The position numbers and the translations under genes are program-made. A stretch of DNA of 44,265 bases, counting the filler, from Catajapyx aquilonaris (lineage: Eukaryota): the NCBI GenBank assembly GCA_000934665.2. It is 2 parts of 2 records of this genome, joined end to end, with 100 filler letters (N's around TTAATTAATTAA, not from the genome) between each part and the next. Parts side by side here need not be neighbours in the genome. Positions count along the whole stretch, not along the records: positions 22,197 to 44,265 come from JYFJ02005925.1; 1 more part is not named here. One strand, given 5' to 3'. Every line of letters starts with the position of its first letter. Position 1 is the first letter of the stretch. Positions 33,358 to 44,265 of the stretch are shown in pieces. The notes under the pieces were generated by a model. The model was not told where the DNA came from, ran no database searches, and saw nothing but the letters and a program-made list of their open reading frames with translations.

Positions 33358-36300
33358 ATGAATGCCCGGGAGAGGGAGAAATACATAGAGGAGTATGACT
33401 ACGCCTTCTGCGATGATTTCACCAAGTACGAGAAGCTCACCAAGATTGGCCAGGGAACTTTTGGGTAGGTTGGTTTTCATTCATTTTTTACCTCCAGTAA
33501 GTAGCCTCAAGTTTTGGATTAACTTGGTACGTGAATGAATGGTGGGGGAGTGATGCGGGGTGTCACTCTCTGGTTTAGTTTGCCACACGGTCTGTCGTCT
33601 GTCAGTTATCACTACAATGAGAATCCGGAATCCCCAAAATCAGCCTTATGTGACACTAGCAGCTCCTCTACTAGCAACAGAAGTACTAGCATCCGTATCT
33701 TATGCTTGCAACATAATTATACTGTATACTGTTGCAAGTATAATATACATATGGTATGCACATATACTTCTCTTGCTAGGAGAGGAGCTGCCAGTGTTAC
33801 CGTTGCACTATCAACTTAGAGTATTCTTGGAATGTCCTAGACTAGTAGGCTTACTTGTTACTGATGGTGAGGGGCGGAGGTAAACAGGTAATGCAAGGAG
33901 CTTCCCGGCACAGCTTTATGCTTGGGACTGTACGACTGCAAATCTGAGCCGACTTTTGGATAGGAGGGAACACATGTACTAAGAGAAACATGTTTTCTTG
34001 TACAAAGTGCTTTTCACTAGTGAGAATGGAAAAAAGGAAGAGTTTGTGTGTACATTCTCCTATTATGCAAGCAATTACTAATTCAAAAATCAGATGTTTT
34101 TCTAAATATTTTCATACAACTGGGGCTAAATTGGTTCATTTTAAAGTGGCATTTAAATGTGGTGTATAAATGAGACCTCTGGGGGAAAACAATCAAGTAC
34201 AATTTCTTGTCAAAAATGAGTTACATATTCCATGCGATAGTTTGACTTGAGTTTGGGCTGGGTGCGGCAAAGTCCGGTAGCGTTTGTTACCGAGTGTGGA
34301 GCTTGGCCTGAGTGCGTTTAGGCTGGGTGTACTTGGGCTGAGTGCGGCCAAGACCAGATGTCTTTGTTCGCATATGCTCCTGGGCTGAGTGCGTTTAGGG
34401 CTGGTGTGATTGTTACGGGGGTGTGCTTGCGCCGGTGCGCTTGGGCCTGGTATATTATTTCTCAGGTGCACTTGGGCTGGATACGGTTAGGCCTATGGTC
34501 CGGGATCGTTGATTGTTGTGAAGAGGCATGTAATAATAAATAATAATAATAATAATAATAATTTGGGTTAGTGCACCGCCCATTGCTGGGCATCTGGCAC
34601 GGTACCTTTATTTGCTTTTAGGTGTACAGCTACATTTTTGGTCCTTTTCCGTAATGCCCGGGTACCGCGAGCGATAGGGGATGACAGGAGGGGAAGTGCA
34701 AGTGCAATGTCTCAATAGTGGTACATTTTGTGAACTCCCCGGGTGGATTAATCTGACAGAAATTCCACCCGAGACGAAGGCAGAGACTACCTAACTCTGC
34801 ATGAGATGAAGGGGGTGTCCCCGGGCTGGGATTGAACCCGGGACCTTAACATACGTGGGCGCATACGTTACCGCAGCGCCACTTCACCTCCCTTTGTGAA
34901 GAGGCATGTAGCACCTTCAGGTCAGCCTCGTGAGATATATCCAGGGCGATTACCAATTTCACAAGTGAAATACAATGATTTTCAGAGCCTCATCCCATTG
35001 ATACCCAGGGTAATCGACATTTTTATGTGGACCTGCCCTTTGTCACATGTGGTGAAGGCAACGGATTTCTTAGAGTGAACAGACACGCCCCCCCGGGCGA
35101 ACCAGTGGGGTCGCCTGTATGACCGTGCGTCACAGTAAGGTTGCCAGGTGAAATACATAAATGTAATTAACATGTGTATTTTTAAAAGGAATTCGACCGA
35201 TATCAATTATTTGGTTCTGATATAATTAATGAACACTAAAGCATTATTTAGAATAGCGTTATTAGTTACTAACGCGAAAAATTAAAATCAGCAACCTTGC
35301 CACATGGGGACTACTTTCAAGGCGAGAGACAAAAGAGCATCGAGATCCGTGCCCGCGTAATTTCGAAGCATTGTTCGAATCCAAGGCAACGGTGTTCGAA
35401 TCTCTTCTTTTCACTTCTTTTCGGCGCGCATAAGCACCATCAGAATAAGGTGTCCGGCTCTGGCGGAGGGATACATGTTGTTATGGTGCCAAAGTGGTGG
35501 GGGGGAGAAGTTGGGAAGGAGGGAGGAGGGAGGAGAGAAGTTTGTTTGGGGGCGGGGCCATGGGCCCAGCAGTTCACTCTAAGAAATCCATTGCCTTTAC
35601 TGATGTCGATTAAATAAAGACCAATGATGACAACAATATTGGTTTTAATTGTTGCATGTACCCCATGGTATGTATCAACAGTTCAAAAAGAATTGTCCCT
35701 GAGCGTCGAGCGGGCAGCCACAAGTCAGGATGAAAACTGGTTCCTTTCATCCTGACGCGTGGCTGCCCACTCGACGCTCAGGGACAATTCTTTTTGAAAT
35801 GTTGATACCATTAATAATGACTTTTAAATCAACGTTGGGATGTACACAAGAATTATTGTGATGGGTCTTCAAAGTTGGAAATTGCAATATCTCAGTTTCA
35901 AAAGAGATGGACGATCATTTCCCCCCTGAGGTCTTCAAATGTACACGCCTTGGTCCAAAGTGTGGGAAGATCTGCTTGGTACTGAATGGGTTAACCATAA
36001 ATTAATGTATCGCTTTCATTTCTTTCCAGAGAGGTGTTCAAGGCAAAACACAAGAAGACCAAGAAGCTTGTTGCCCTGAAGAAAGTGCTGATGGAAAATG
36101 AGAAGGAAGGGGTATGAAACATGTATTTGGTATACCTGATGCATGTCAGATATTGCTTGAATTGATGGATTGTGATGTTTTAACCCTCTTATTTCCAACC
36201 CACCATCATGTACAGTGCTGGACATTAATTCTGTTGCACTGCTAGTGACATTTTCCGAGGTCGCAGAAGTCTATATCAAAGTGATATAGTGCGAGCTGTG

Positions 36301-39300
36301 CGAGTAAGAAATGGTAGGCCTTGGATGACGTCACCAGCTGGGGGCAATGGAGAAAAAGGCTTGCCCCCAGTCGGTGATGTCACCCAAGCATGTCCATTTC
36401 TTACTCTCACGGTCCACACTCCATCAATTCAGTTTGCACTCCCAATTTGCTTTGCACTTCTGCATCGGAAAATGTCACTAGCAGTACGGCAGAATTAATG
36501 CCCAGCACCAGCCCCCAGTCACTCTCCCTCTTTTCGCGTGAGCTACCTGTTCTCCCCCACTGAGGGGGGTTGGCTACGGTCGGCGCTAGAGTCAAGTGCC
36601 AGTACAGGTAGCGCCTTACCTAGCGGGGCAATTCTGAACCATTAGGGTCGACTCCGATTGGCCGGAGTCTGAAAGGCCTCATGTGGAGAGCCGTGGCCCA
36701 AGGAGGCCTTTAAGACTCCAGCCAATCAGAGTCGACCCTAATGGTTCAGAATTGCCCTGCTAGGTAAGGGGTCCTCCATATACCACGTGACCGTTTTGGG
36801 GGGAGGGGGGGGGNGGGTCTGCTGATATACCACGGTTAGTCACGGGGGGGGGGGTCGGCGAAAATTCACGTGGTATCTCTGAACACAGTGAATTGGCACA
36901 CATGGGAGCTTTTGCAGATGCACATGGGTTCAAAATAACCTAAAATTCGAAATCAGCGACCCCGAAAACATGGGGAGACATATTTTTACGTGCTTAAACA
37001 GTTTTAGTTGAGGAGCTATCAATTTCGATCGCGTTTTTTCTGATAACATTGACATTTTAAAAAACCACGTGAAACAGAGGGGGGGAAGGGGGGTCCAAAA
37101 AGTGGCCAAAAATCGGTCACGTGGTTTATGGACGACCCCTAAGGGGCCACCTATACTGGCACTTGACTCTAGCGCCGACCGTGGCCAACCCCCCCTTGGT
37201 GAGGGAGAACAGCTAAGCTCACAGGGTTAGCAATGTACTGGTATAGGGAGTGACTGGGGGCTGCCCAGCACTATACCAGATAATGGTACAGTCTTTCAGA
37301 ATTAAATTAGCGAGATTGAAAGTGATAAATGCAAGATGTGTGCAAATCTTGGTCATCGATAAATTATGAAACTACACTGAGGCACTAATTCCCGACTGTG
37401 TAACATTGCCCTAGCCTCATTGCACATCTTCTATCCTAGTGAAATATATTCATCTTAATTTTTTAAACATGTTAAATATTTGAGATTTTTAATGGGGCAA
37501 CTTGATCTGGGCGCAACAAGCTACACAAAAAGAACAACTTGAGCAATATAAGTGATAACTAAAAACGACCCACGAACTTGGAACACCCTGTATTTGCGTC
37601 AGTGATCATTTCCTTCTTCATTGGTGTTGATTCATTGCTATATGATTTTAAAGCCTGTAAGTGATTCATGTCTGTGCAGTACTAGAATTTTAAAATGATT
37701 CATGCTTAAGTGTAGAACTTGGTAGGGGTCATTTCTGGGCTACATTTCCAAGTTAAATAAGCAGACAATACCAAAAAGCCAGTGACATCCTCATTTCTCT
37801 TTATGTGCAGTTGACTTTGCCATGTTGCAAAGTTTAAGTAGGTGGTTTGTATCTTGTTAAGAGCCAGTCAGTTGATCTTGTCTTATGGGAACATGGCTAT
37901 AAATGTGAGTGCAACGTCATTAACCAGAATTTTATTTGCAGTTCCCGATTACAGCACTTCGGGAAATCCGAATCCTGCAACTTTTGAAGCATGAGAATGT
38001 GGTCAATCTGATAGAGATCTGTCGCTCAAAAGGTATGGGATCAGTGCTCAATGTGACTTCAACTTTTGACTTAATATTATTCTTTAGCAACTCAGAACAA
38101 CCGTTTCCGGTCAACATTCTACTTAGTGTTTGACTTCTGCGAACATGATTTGGCTGGCCTTCTGTCAAACGTAAATGTGAAGTTCAGCCTGGGTGAAATC
38201 AAGAAAGTGATGCAGCAACTTCTGAATGGGCTTTACTACATACATAGCAACAAGGTAAGTTGAAGGCAGCTTAAGGGCCAGTTGCACCAGTGCAAGATTC
38301 AGGTTCACGTACAGGTCTACCCTTGTTATTACTTGTTGGTAGCAAGGAACTAACAATTTAAAACAAGAGCAGACTCATTCCTGAATCTGCCTCTGGAGCT
38401 GGTGCAACTAGGGCTTAGTTAAATGTGTTTGAGAAACCACTCCATGTAAAAGTGAATATTGTATCAAATACAAGCCAATATACAGGGTGTTCCAAGTATG
38501 TGGGTCATTTTTAGTTATCGCTAATATCACTCAAAGTGGTTATTTTTTGTAGCTCTTTGCTCCTTGATCCAGGTCCCCAACTATTCCCACATGGTTGAAT
38601 ACAGAAGTTGATATACACTGTTTCTTACTACAGTATGTCCAATGGCAGTCAGGGTATTCCTTGGTCCAAAACAAGTTGAAAATGTAGGGGAGAGAAATGT
38701 CGTGAGACCAACCGTTGAAGACATAGGCAATGGTGGAGATTTGCATGCCCCTGAGACAAATCTTCCACCCACCCAGAAGCTTTTCTGTGGGAAAGGGAGC
38801 AGACCACTCTACTCTTATCTGTAATGGTTGTGTAAGTGTCAGGATGTGATCCTGATATTGATGACTGGGAAAACAGGTGACCTTGCCAAATTCCCATTAG
38901 TTCATCCTGCACAAACTGTAATGACCGCATATCTGGGCAAACTCAATGGAAAATGGGGGATTGAAATAGCATAGAGTGCAAAGTGTGTGTAAGTGTACTC
39001 TGCATTGGTGAACATTGACATCCTCTTACTCTCTCCAGACATATTTTGTATTGTGTATGCTCAAATGCCCAATATTGATAACCAGTCAAATTCATACTTG
39101 TAGCCCATACCCTTGCAGTAAGACTGGACCAGCCCATGGACACTTCTATCCCAGCGCAATAGAAAAGGCCGATCCGTTATTCCTTCCCGCAGCGGCGCTA
39201 GTAAAACAATGGAATCTCGCTGTGCGTGTCGTTCATTCGCCATAACAACTATAGCGACGATAGCGACCCTCCTCCCGATTACTAGGTTTATCAGCGACCC

Positions 39301-42300
39301 CCCTCCCGATTACTACCGATCACGGTCTTAGCTACCGATAGCGTATACCAAGATGGCCGCAATATGGAGATGTTCACATCATGGCCACCTCCAGTCAGCG
39401 CCACGGCGGGAATGAGTAACGGAACGCAAAATGGCGGCGAGTTTCCCGACCTCTCCTTCTAAGACCGTGGACTGGACCCACCAAATACTTTTCATCATGT
39501 AGCATGCATCATTTAAGTATGGATATGAGCCTTTGCTGTTCTGAATGCAGCACACGTTTCAGTGGGGCTAGTACATTATTAGCATTAATTACTTGACTTT
39601 AGGCTCTCCAAGTGGAGTATAGTTGTTTTTTTTTCCCCAACAGATTACTGTGTCTCTTGCTCTCAGTCCAGAAATCTTCGCCATGGCATTAGTTGTACAT
39701 TGCAAAAACTGTACTTGTTAGTGACGACAATAATAATAATAATATCCGGGTAGTGCTTGGCCTTCTCGGCATATAGCACGGACCTTTATTTGTACGATGT
39801 ACATATTTGGAACCTAATTATTGAAGCGCCCGGGCCCACGGGCAGGATGACAGGAGGGGATGTGCAAGGTGCAGTGCAATGTCTTAATGTGGCCATTTTT
39901 AGTGAACTCCCCCGGGTGGTTTAGTCTGTAGGAAATACCACCCGAGACGAAGCCAGAGGTGACCCAATGAACTCTGCACGAGATGAAGGGGGTGTCCCCG
40001 GGCTGGGATCGAACCCGGGACCTTAACATCCGTGGGCACATACGTTACCGCAGCACCACTCCGCCTCCCCTTTAGTGACGACAATGTCCAAGTGGACTAT
40101 CTCGCAATTGCGGGGATGTTTTGAGCACCTCTGTCTCTTTCCCCAGTGCTCTGGAGGTAATAAACAGTCAATCTAATTCAGATTTCACTGAACTTCAATA
40201 CCCCTTCTTCCATTTAGTTTGCCCAAATAGTCCGGGCCCTAAGCGCAAAAATCAGGCCTAACCTTGCATTTTGGGATAAGAAGGTGCCACTTGGCACATA
40301 TGTTCCTTAGGCCTCTAGGAGCAATTCCAGAGTTGCAGGCAACTGATCGGCCCCTTAGGTCAGGAGTTATGCGGTGTTGCCAACCTGGTCCGGAACCTAA
40401 GCATAACCGCATAACTCGTGATCTAAGGGGCAGATCAGGTCCCTCCAACTCTCAAATGGAACCTCTAGGCCTGGGGAACATTCTTGCCAAAATCCCAAAA
40501 TGCAAAGTTTAAAAATGGTTCAAAACGCTTAGGTCCAGGACCAGGTTGGCAACACCGCATAACTCCTGACCTAAGGAGCCGATCAAGTGCCGCCATGTCT
40601 CAAACGACTCCTACAGGCCTAGGGAACATATGTGCCAAGCGGCACCTTCTTATCACAAAATGCAACGTTAAAAACGCTCAGGTCATCCCCGGCCATGTTG
40701 GCAGCACCGCATAACTCGTGCCCTAAGGGGCCGATCAGTTGCCTGCAACTCTGGAATTGCTCCTGTAGGCCTAAGGAACATATGTGCCAAGTGGCACCTT
40801 CTTATCCCAAAATGCAAGGTTAAGACGCTTAGGGCCCAGACTAAAAGATGCATTTACAGTAGAACCCTGTTTATCCAACCTCTGATTATCCGACCGTCCC
40901 ACTCCAGCAATAAAGGTATGTTTTCTCATCAAATACTGTAATGCAGGCGTACTAATCATTTGTTTTGTATTGCCTTAGTTTCATTTCAAACAGCAGAGTG
41001 TGTACGTAAAAGAACAATATTTCACTATTTCTTAGAAAAGCATAATATTGTACATTATTTCATTATTTTTTATGCTTTTTGTTGTTTTCCTTTGCTCCTT
41101 GGATTATCAGACCTTTTCTGTTATCCAACAATGCCCCAGTCCTGTGGGTGACGGATAATCATGGTTCTACTGTATTTTCAAAGTCTGTGTAGGATGAACC
41201 AATGGGAATATGGGAAGGTCACCTGTTATTCCAGACATAATCTGGATCACATCATGACACTTAGACAACCACTGCACACAAGGGAGTACCGCAGTTTGCT
41301 GCCTTTCCAACAGAAAAACTATAGCGTTTGTCTCAGGGGCACGCAAATCTTGATCGTAGTCTACCTCAATGATTGCTCCCTCAACATTTCTTCCCCCTAC
41401 ATTTTTGACTTATTTTGGGCCATACTAGCTGTTGGCCATACTAGTAAGGAACACCCTGTATAATAGGGCACCTGGATCCAGGCGCCACAAGCTATGAAAA
41501 AATAACAGCTTCGAGCAAAATTTACTATGACTAAAGCGACCTGCATACTTGGAACACCCTGTATTGTATGAGAAGGTGGCTGTCAAGCTAGATACGGGCC
41601 ACTGCATACAAAGTGGCGCATGAAATTTTTTGAACCAATACTGAATAACTCAACTTTTCAGATCCTACATCGAGACATGAAGGCTGCCAATGTCCTGATC
41701 ACCAAAAATGGTGTACTTAAACTGGCGGATTTTGGGCTGGCCAGGGCATTCAGTGTCAACAAGAACAACCAGCCCAATCGCTATACCAACAGAGTTGTAA
41801 CACTCTGGTACCGACCACCTGAGTTACTGCTTGGTGAGCGCAATTACGGTCCACCAGTGGACATGTGGGGCGCTGGCTGTATCATGGCTGAGATGTGGAC
41901 TCGTAGCCCAATCATGCAGGTGTGTGTCAGTAACTTGTCCTTTACAGTGTCGGGTGGGGGGTGAGTGGGGGGAAGCAGCAAATTATTAAGGGTGTGTGGA
42001 CGTCACATCATTAAGAGTAAAAAGACATCAGTAACCACACAAAACATCAAGTCATGACATCAGCCTTATTCAATCAGGCATCTTTTTTGGGAGATTTTGT
42101 CATAAGGAATAACCTGCTGGCCTTTTGTTACTGACTTGTAATGGTCAAAAATTTGTTCATAGTTCATATCCCAGGTTGATCAAGAGGGCTACATCAGTTT
42201 GGGTTGCAGCTGATAAACTATTATTTTCTATGCCATCTATGTGTACTGGGGGGGTCTGGTACGTAATACCGAAAGACATAATACAGACATAATAAATTTC

Positions 42301-43691
42301 CGACAGCTTTATTACCGAAAATATACACAGAACATATACCTTTCCACTTTTTTCCCGTCGGTATTTTATCCCGTCCGGTATTTTTTCCGTAGGTATTAGA
42401 CCCGGGACCGGTACTGGGGGCTGTGAGGATGATCATCAGCATCTTATAACTTTTTTACTTGATCACTCTTGATACAATGGCATGAACAGTACTGTCTGGT
42501 AGTGGTGACCTCTGACTCGGTATGTGTCATATGACTTGGAAAACTCCAAGAGCCTAGTCACAGGCTTTGCATTGTAACATTACCTTCACTGGCAGTCTGT
42601 TCTAAGGCCAACCCATGTACTTGCCCAACACCAATGAACAGTGGCGCACCCAGAAAGATCCCATGGGTGTGAATGGGGAGACGCCTGAAGCTTTCCCAGA
42701 CAAATACTTGGTCAGAGGCAACCATCAGTGCACAATATTTTGTGTTAAATGGACTTCACACAGTCATGATTATCACGCCTATATCCTGCTCCATAGGCAT
42801 CCCCCGTAAGACACATGTGTCGATCTATCAGGAGATCTCCCTGTTGCCGCGTGTGTTTAGGGGTAGGCCAATGTTTCTGGTCTTCTATCTGGTTACCAAT
42901 TGGTCCCTCGACATTTCTCTCCCCTACATTTTAGACGTGGTTTGGGTCAAGGAATATGCTGCAGGGGGAATGACCTGCTAGTAAGAAACACCCTGTTTAG
43001 AACACTGCATTCTTTGTATCTTATTAGAATAGTTCCCAGTTTATAATTTCAAATAGAAATTTTGAAAGCCAGGTACACATGATGGGGAAAAATGAAGGGG
43101 CAACAGTAGTTCACTCTCATTGTTTCCAATTATTACATAAGGGGAAAAGAGGTGAATTTTTTTCCTATTTATGTCAGTGGAAACTGCATGACAGTATAGA
43201 TATTCTTTTGTATACATTCCTCTATATTTAAATTCTGACCTGGATTTGAACAGGGCAACACTGAGCAGCAACAGCTGACCTTGATCTCCCAGTTGTGCGG
43301 CTCGATCACACCTGATGTGTGGCCTGGAGTGGAGAACATGGAACTCTACAACAAGCTAGAGCTGCCTAAGGGACAGAAACGTAAGGTGAAGGAGCGGCTC
43401 AAACCTTATGTGAAAGACCCGTACGCATGTGATTTGTTGGACAAGCTATTGACCCTGGATCCATCACGTCGCATTGACAGTGACTCTGCACTGAACCATG
43501 ACTTCTACTGGACCGACCCTATGCCTTGTGAACTAGGAAAAATGTTAGCCCAGCACGGACAGAGCATGTTTGAGTACCTTGCCCCCCCAAGACGACCTGG
43601 GGGTCATCTACGCCCACATCCTCACCAGATGGGCCAGGCACGACCAAACGCAGCAGTTATGGATAGTGGTTATCAAGATCGAGTGTTCTAA
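33358..43691 (+). CDS. CDK9: Cyclin-dependent kinase 9 (P-TEFb kinase), 6 coding exons, 380 aa
   Basis: Exons 33358-33464, 36030-36111, 37942-38032, 38088-38254, 41662-41919, 43254-43691 (1143 nt, GT-AG, in phase). Motifs [71 protein letters not shown]. Confidence 0.98.
34250..34495. repeat. Degenerate short tandem array (GGGCTGAGTGCG-like units)
   Basis: Repeated TTGGGCTG(A/G)GTGCG and CTGAGTGCGTTTAGG motifs at roughly 20-25-nt spacing. Confidence 0.6.
34533..34893 (-). mobile_element. tRNA-derived SINE, head type A, (ATT)n tail
   Basis: Same head as 8137-8471; TSD TTGTGAAGAGGCATGTA (34516-34532 and 34894-34910). Confidence 0.9.
35672..35808. repeat. Near-perfect 137-bp palindrome (hairpin) in CDK9 intron 1
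   Basis: GTATCAACA.TTCAAAAAGAATTGTCCCTGAGCGTCGAG.GGGCAGCCAC..GTCAGGATGAAA is mirrored around a loop of about 9 nt. Confidence 0.9.
36509..37263. mobile_element. Palindromic hAT-type MITE
   Basis: TIR CAGCCCCCAGTCACTC; 8-bp TSD CCCAGCAC (36501-36508 and 37264-37271). Confidence 0.88.
36768..37139. mobile_element. PIF/Harbinger (Tourist-like) MITE
   Basis: TIR GGGGTC(C/G)TCCATA(T/A)ACCACGTGACCG; TAA TSD on both sides. Confidence 0.88.
39732..40071 (-). mobile_element. tRNA-derived SINE, head type A, (ATT)n tail
   Basis: Same head; TSD TTAGTGACGACAAT (39718-39731 and 40072-40085). Confidence 0.9.
40228..40843. mobile_element. Foldback-like element built from an about 150-bp unit (1 inverted + 3 direct copies)
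   Basis: Termini TAGTC(C/T)GGGCCCTAAGCG; unit ACCGCATAACTC ... AGGCCT ... GGAACAT ... CAAAATGCAA starts at about 40406, 40554 and 40706 and is inverted at 40260-40376. Confidence 0.85.
40857..41172. mobile_element. Tigger/pogo-type MITE
   Basis: TA|CAGTAGAACCCTGTTTATCC ... GGATAATCATGGTTCTACTG|TA. Confidence 0.85.
42252..42410. mobile_element. Small Mutator-like (MULE) MITE
   Basis: 9-bp TSD GTACTGGGG (42243-42251 and 42411-42419); imperfect TIRs with repeated AATACC/GGTATT subterminal units. Confidence 0.65.
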
Positions 43692-44077
43692 GGAGTTTGT
43701 TAGGTTCTATTTTTGTGAACAGCATGTATTTTGTGTTTATGTACCTGGAAAGAATTACACGTTATTCATAGCATTTCCAAGAGTAACATGGATTTGTTTG
43801 GTTTTTTCATGGATGAAGGTGGAAAGCGTTGGTGGAATAAATGGTATGCCAGAGGCCACAACAGAAACTGACGCTATTTAAAATCTTAGCATAAAAGGAT
43901 CCCTTTCAGAATCTTTTTGTTCTGACTGCCACAATTTTTAGTTACCGATGTAAATAAAAATGTCGGTTGAAAATGGAAACTCAATTTCGTTCTATCTATT
44001 CTGGTATTACAAATATCCACATCAAAAATTCTCCATCTTGCAATTCTCACTTTAATATCATGACATGAGATGGCAAT

Positions 44078-44243
44078 GACAACAACAACATGGTTAGTGC
44101 AGTGCCCTCTTTGGGGGTCTGTAATGGTACCTTTTATTTTTTGCTTTATGGTGTACAAGCATGGAGGGGAGGTGCTAGTGCAAGTTGTTTGTGCTGTCCC
44201 CTGGATGGTTAGTTGAGTGGAAATCCACCTGTCGCGAAGCCAT
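44078..44243 (-). mobile_element. Degenerate 3' half of a type-A-like SINE
   Basis: GGTTAGTGCAGTGCCC ... GGTACCTTTTATTT ... GTGCAAG ... AAATCCACC ... CGAAGCCA parallels 34566-34785; (AAC)n at the tail end. Confidence 0.55.
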
Positions 44244-44265
44244 AGATCAGTGGTTCCCCACCGGG

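Larger units (their letters stand above)
36213..37273. mobile_element. TA-flanked MITE whose right TIR is split by the hAT element
   Basis: TA|CAGTGCTGGACATTAATTCTG ... CTGCTAGTGACATTTTCCGA versus TCGGAAAATGTCACTAGCAG ... CAGAATTAATGCCCAGCAC[insert]TA|TA. Confidence 0.7.
38483..41561. mobile_element. Old palindromic Tc1/mariner composite, arms pushed about 2.2 kb apart by later insertions
   Basis: TA|CAGGGTGTTCCAAGTATG ... and ... CATACTTGGAACACCCTG|TA; 38483-38920 is a diverged reverse complement of 41180-41561. Another terminus of this family ends at 37590. Confidence 0.7.

Noticed and set aside
35495..35560. G-rich tract with possible G-quadruplex (also 36797-36853)
   Set aside because: Irregular G-runs, partly inside MITEs and next to an ambiguous base; no further support for function.
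40400..40830. CRISPR-like repeat array (also 21270-21415 and 42265-42400)
   Set aside because: Eukaryotic context, no unique spacers, no cas genes; these are transposon subterminal repeats.

Overview
Eukaryotic (arthropod-like, probably insect) genomic DNA with GT-AG spliced genes in a dense field of small non-autonomous transposons. Minus strand: a complete 23-coding-exon DNA polymerase alpha catalytic subunit gene (POLA1, 15699-2073, about 1472 aa), a 4-exon 200-aa Rho/Rac-family protein whose G1-G5 nucleotide-binding motifs are all altered while the ORF and CaaX box stay intact (18588-17691; best candidate for something new, a likely pseudo-GTPase), the last exon of C1D/Rrp47 (21216-21020; upstream exons not found), and a decayed C2H2 zinc-finger fragment. 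Plus strand: a complete 6-exon CDK9 gene (33358-43691, 380 aa). Introns and intergenic DNA carry six full tRNA-derived SINEs with clear target-site duplications and mixed heads and tails, many Tc1/mariner, pogo/Tigger, hAT, Harbinger and MULE-type MITEs (several fully palindromic, two with transposase relics, several nested), and a 100-bp assembly gap containing an artificial TTAATTAATTAA linker. Repeat-family names are assigned from termini, TSDs and recalled consensus sequences, not from database searches.
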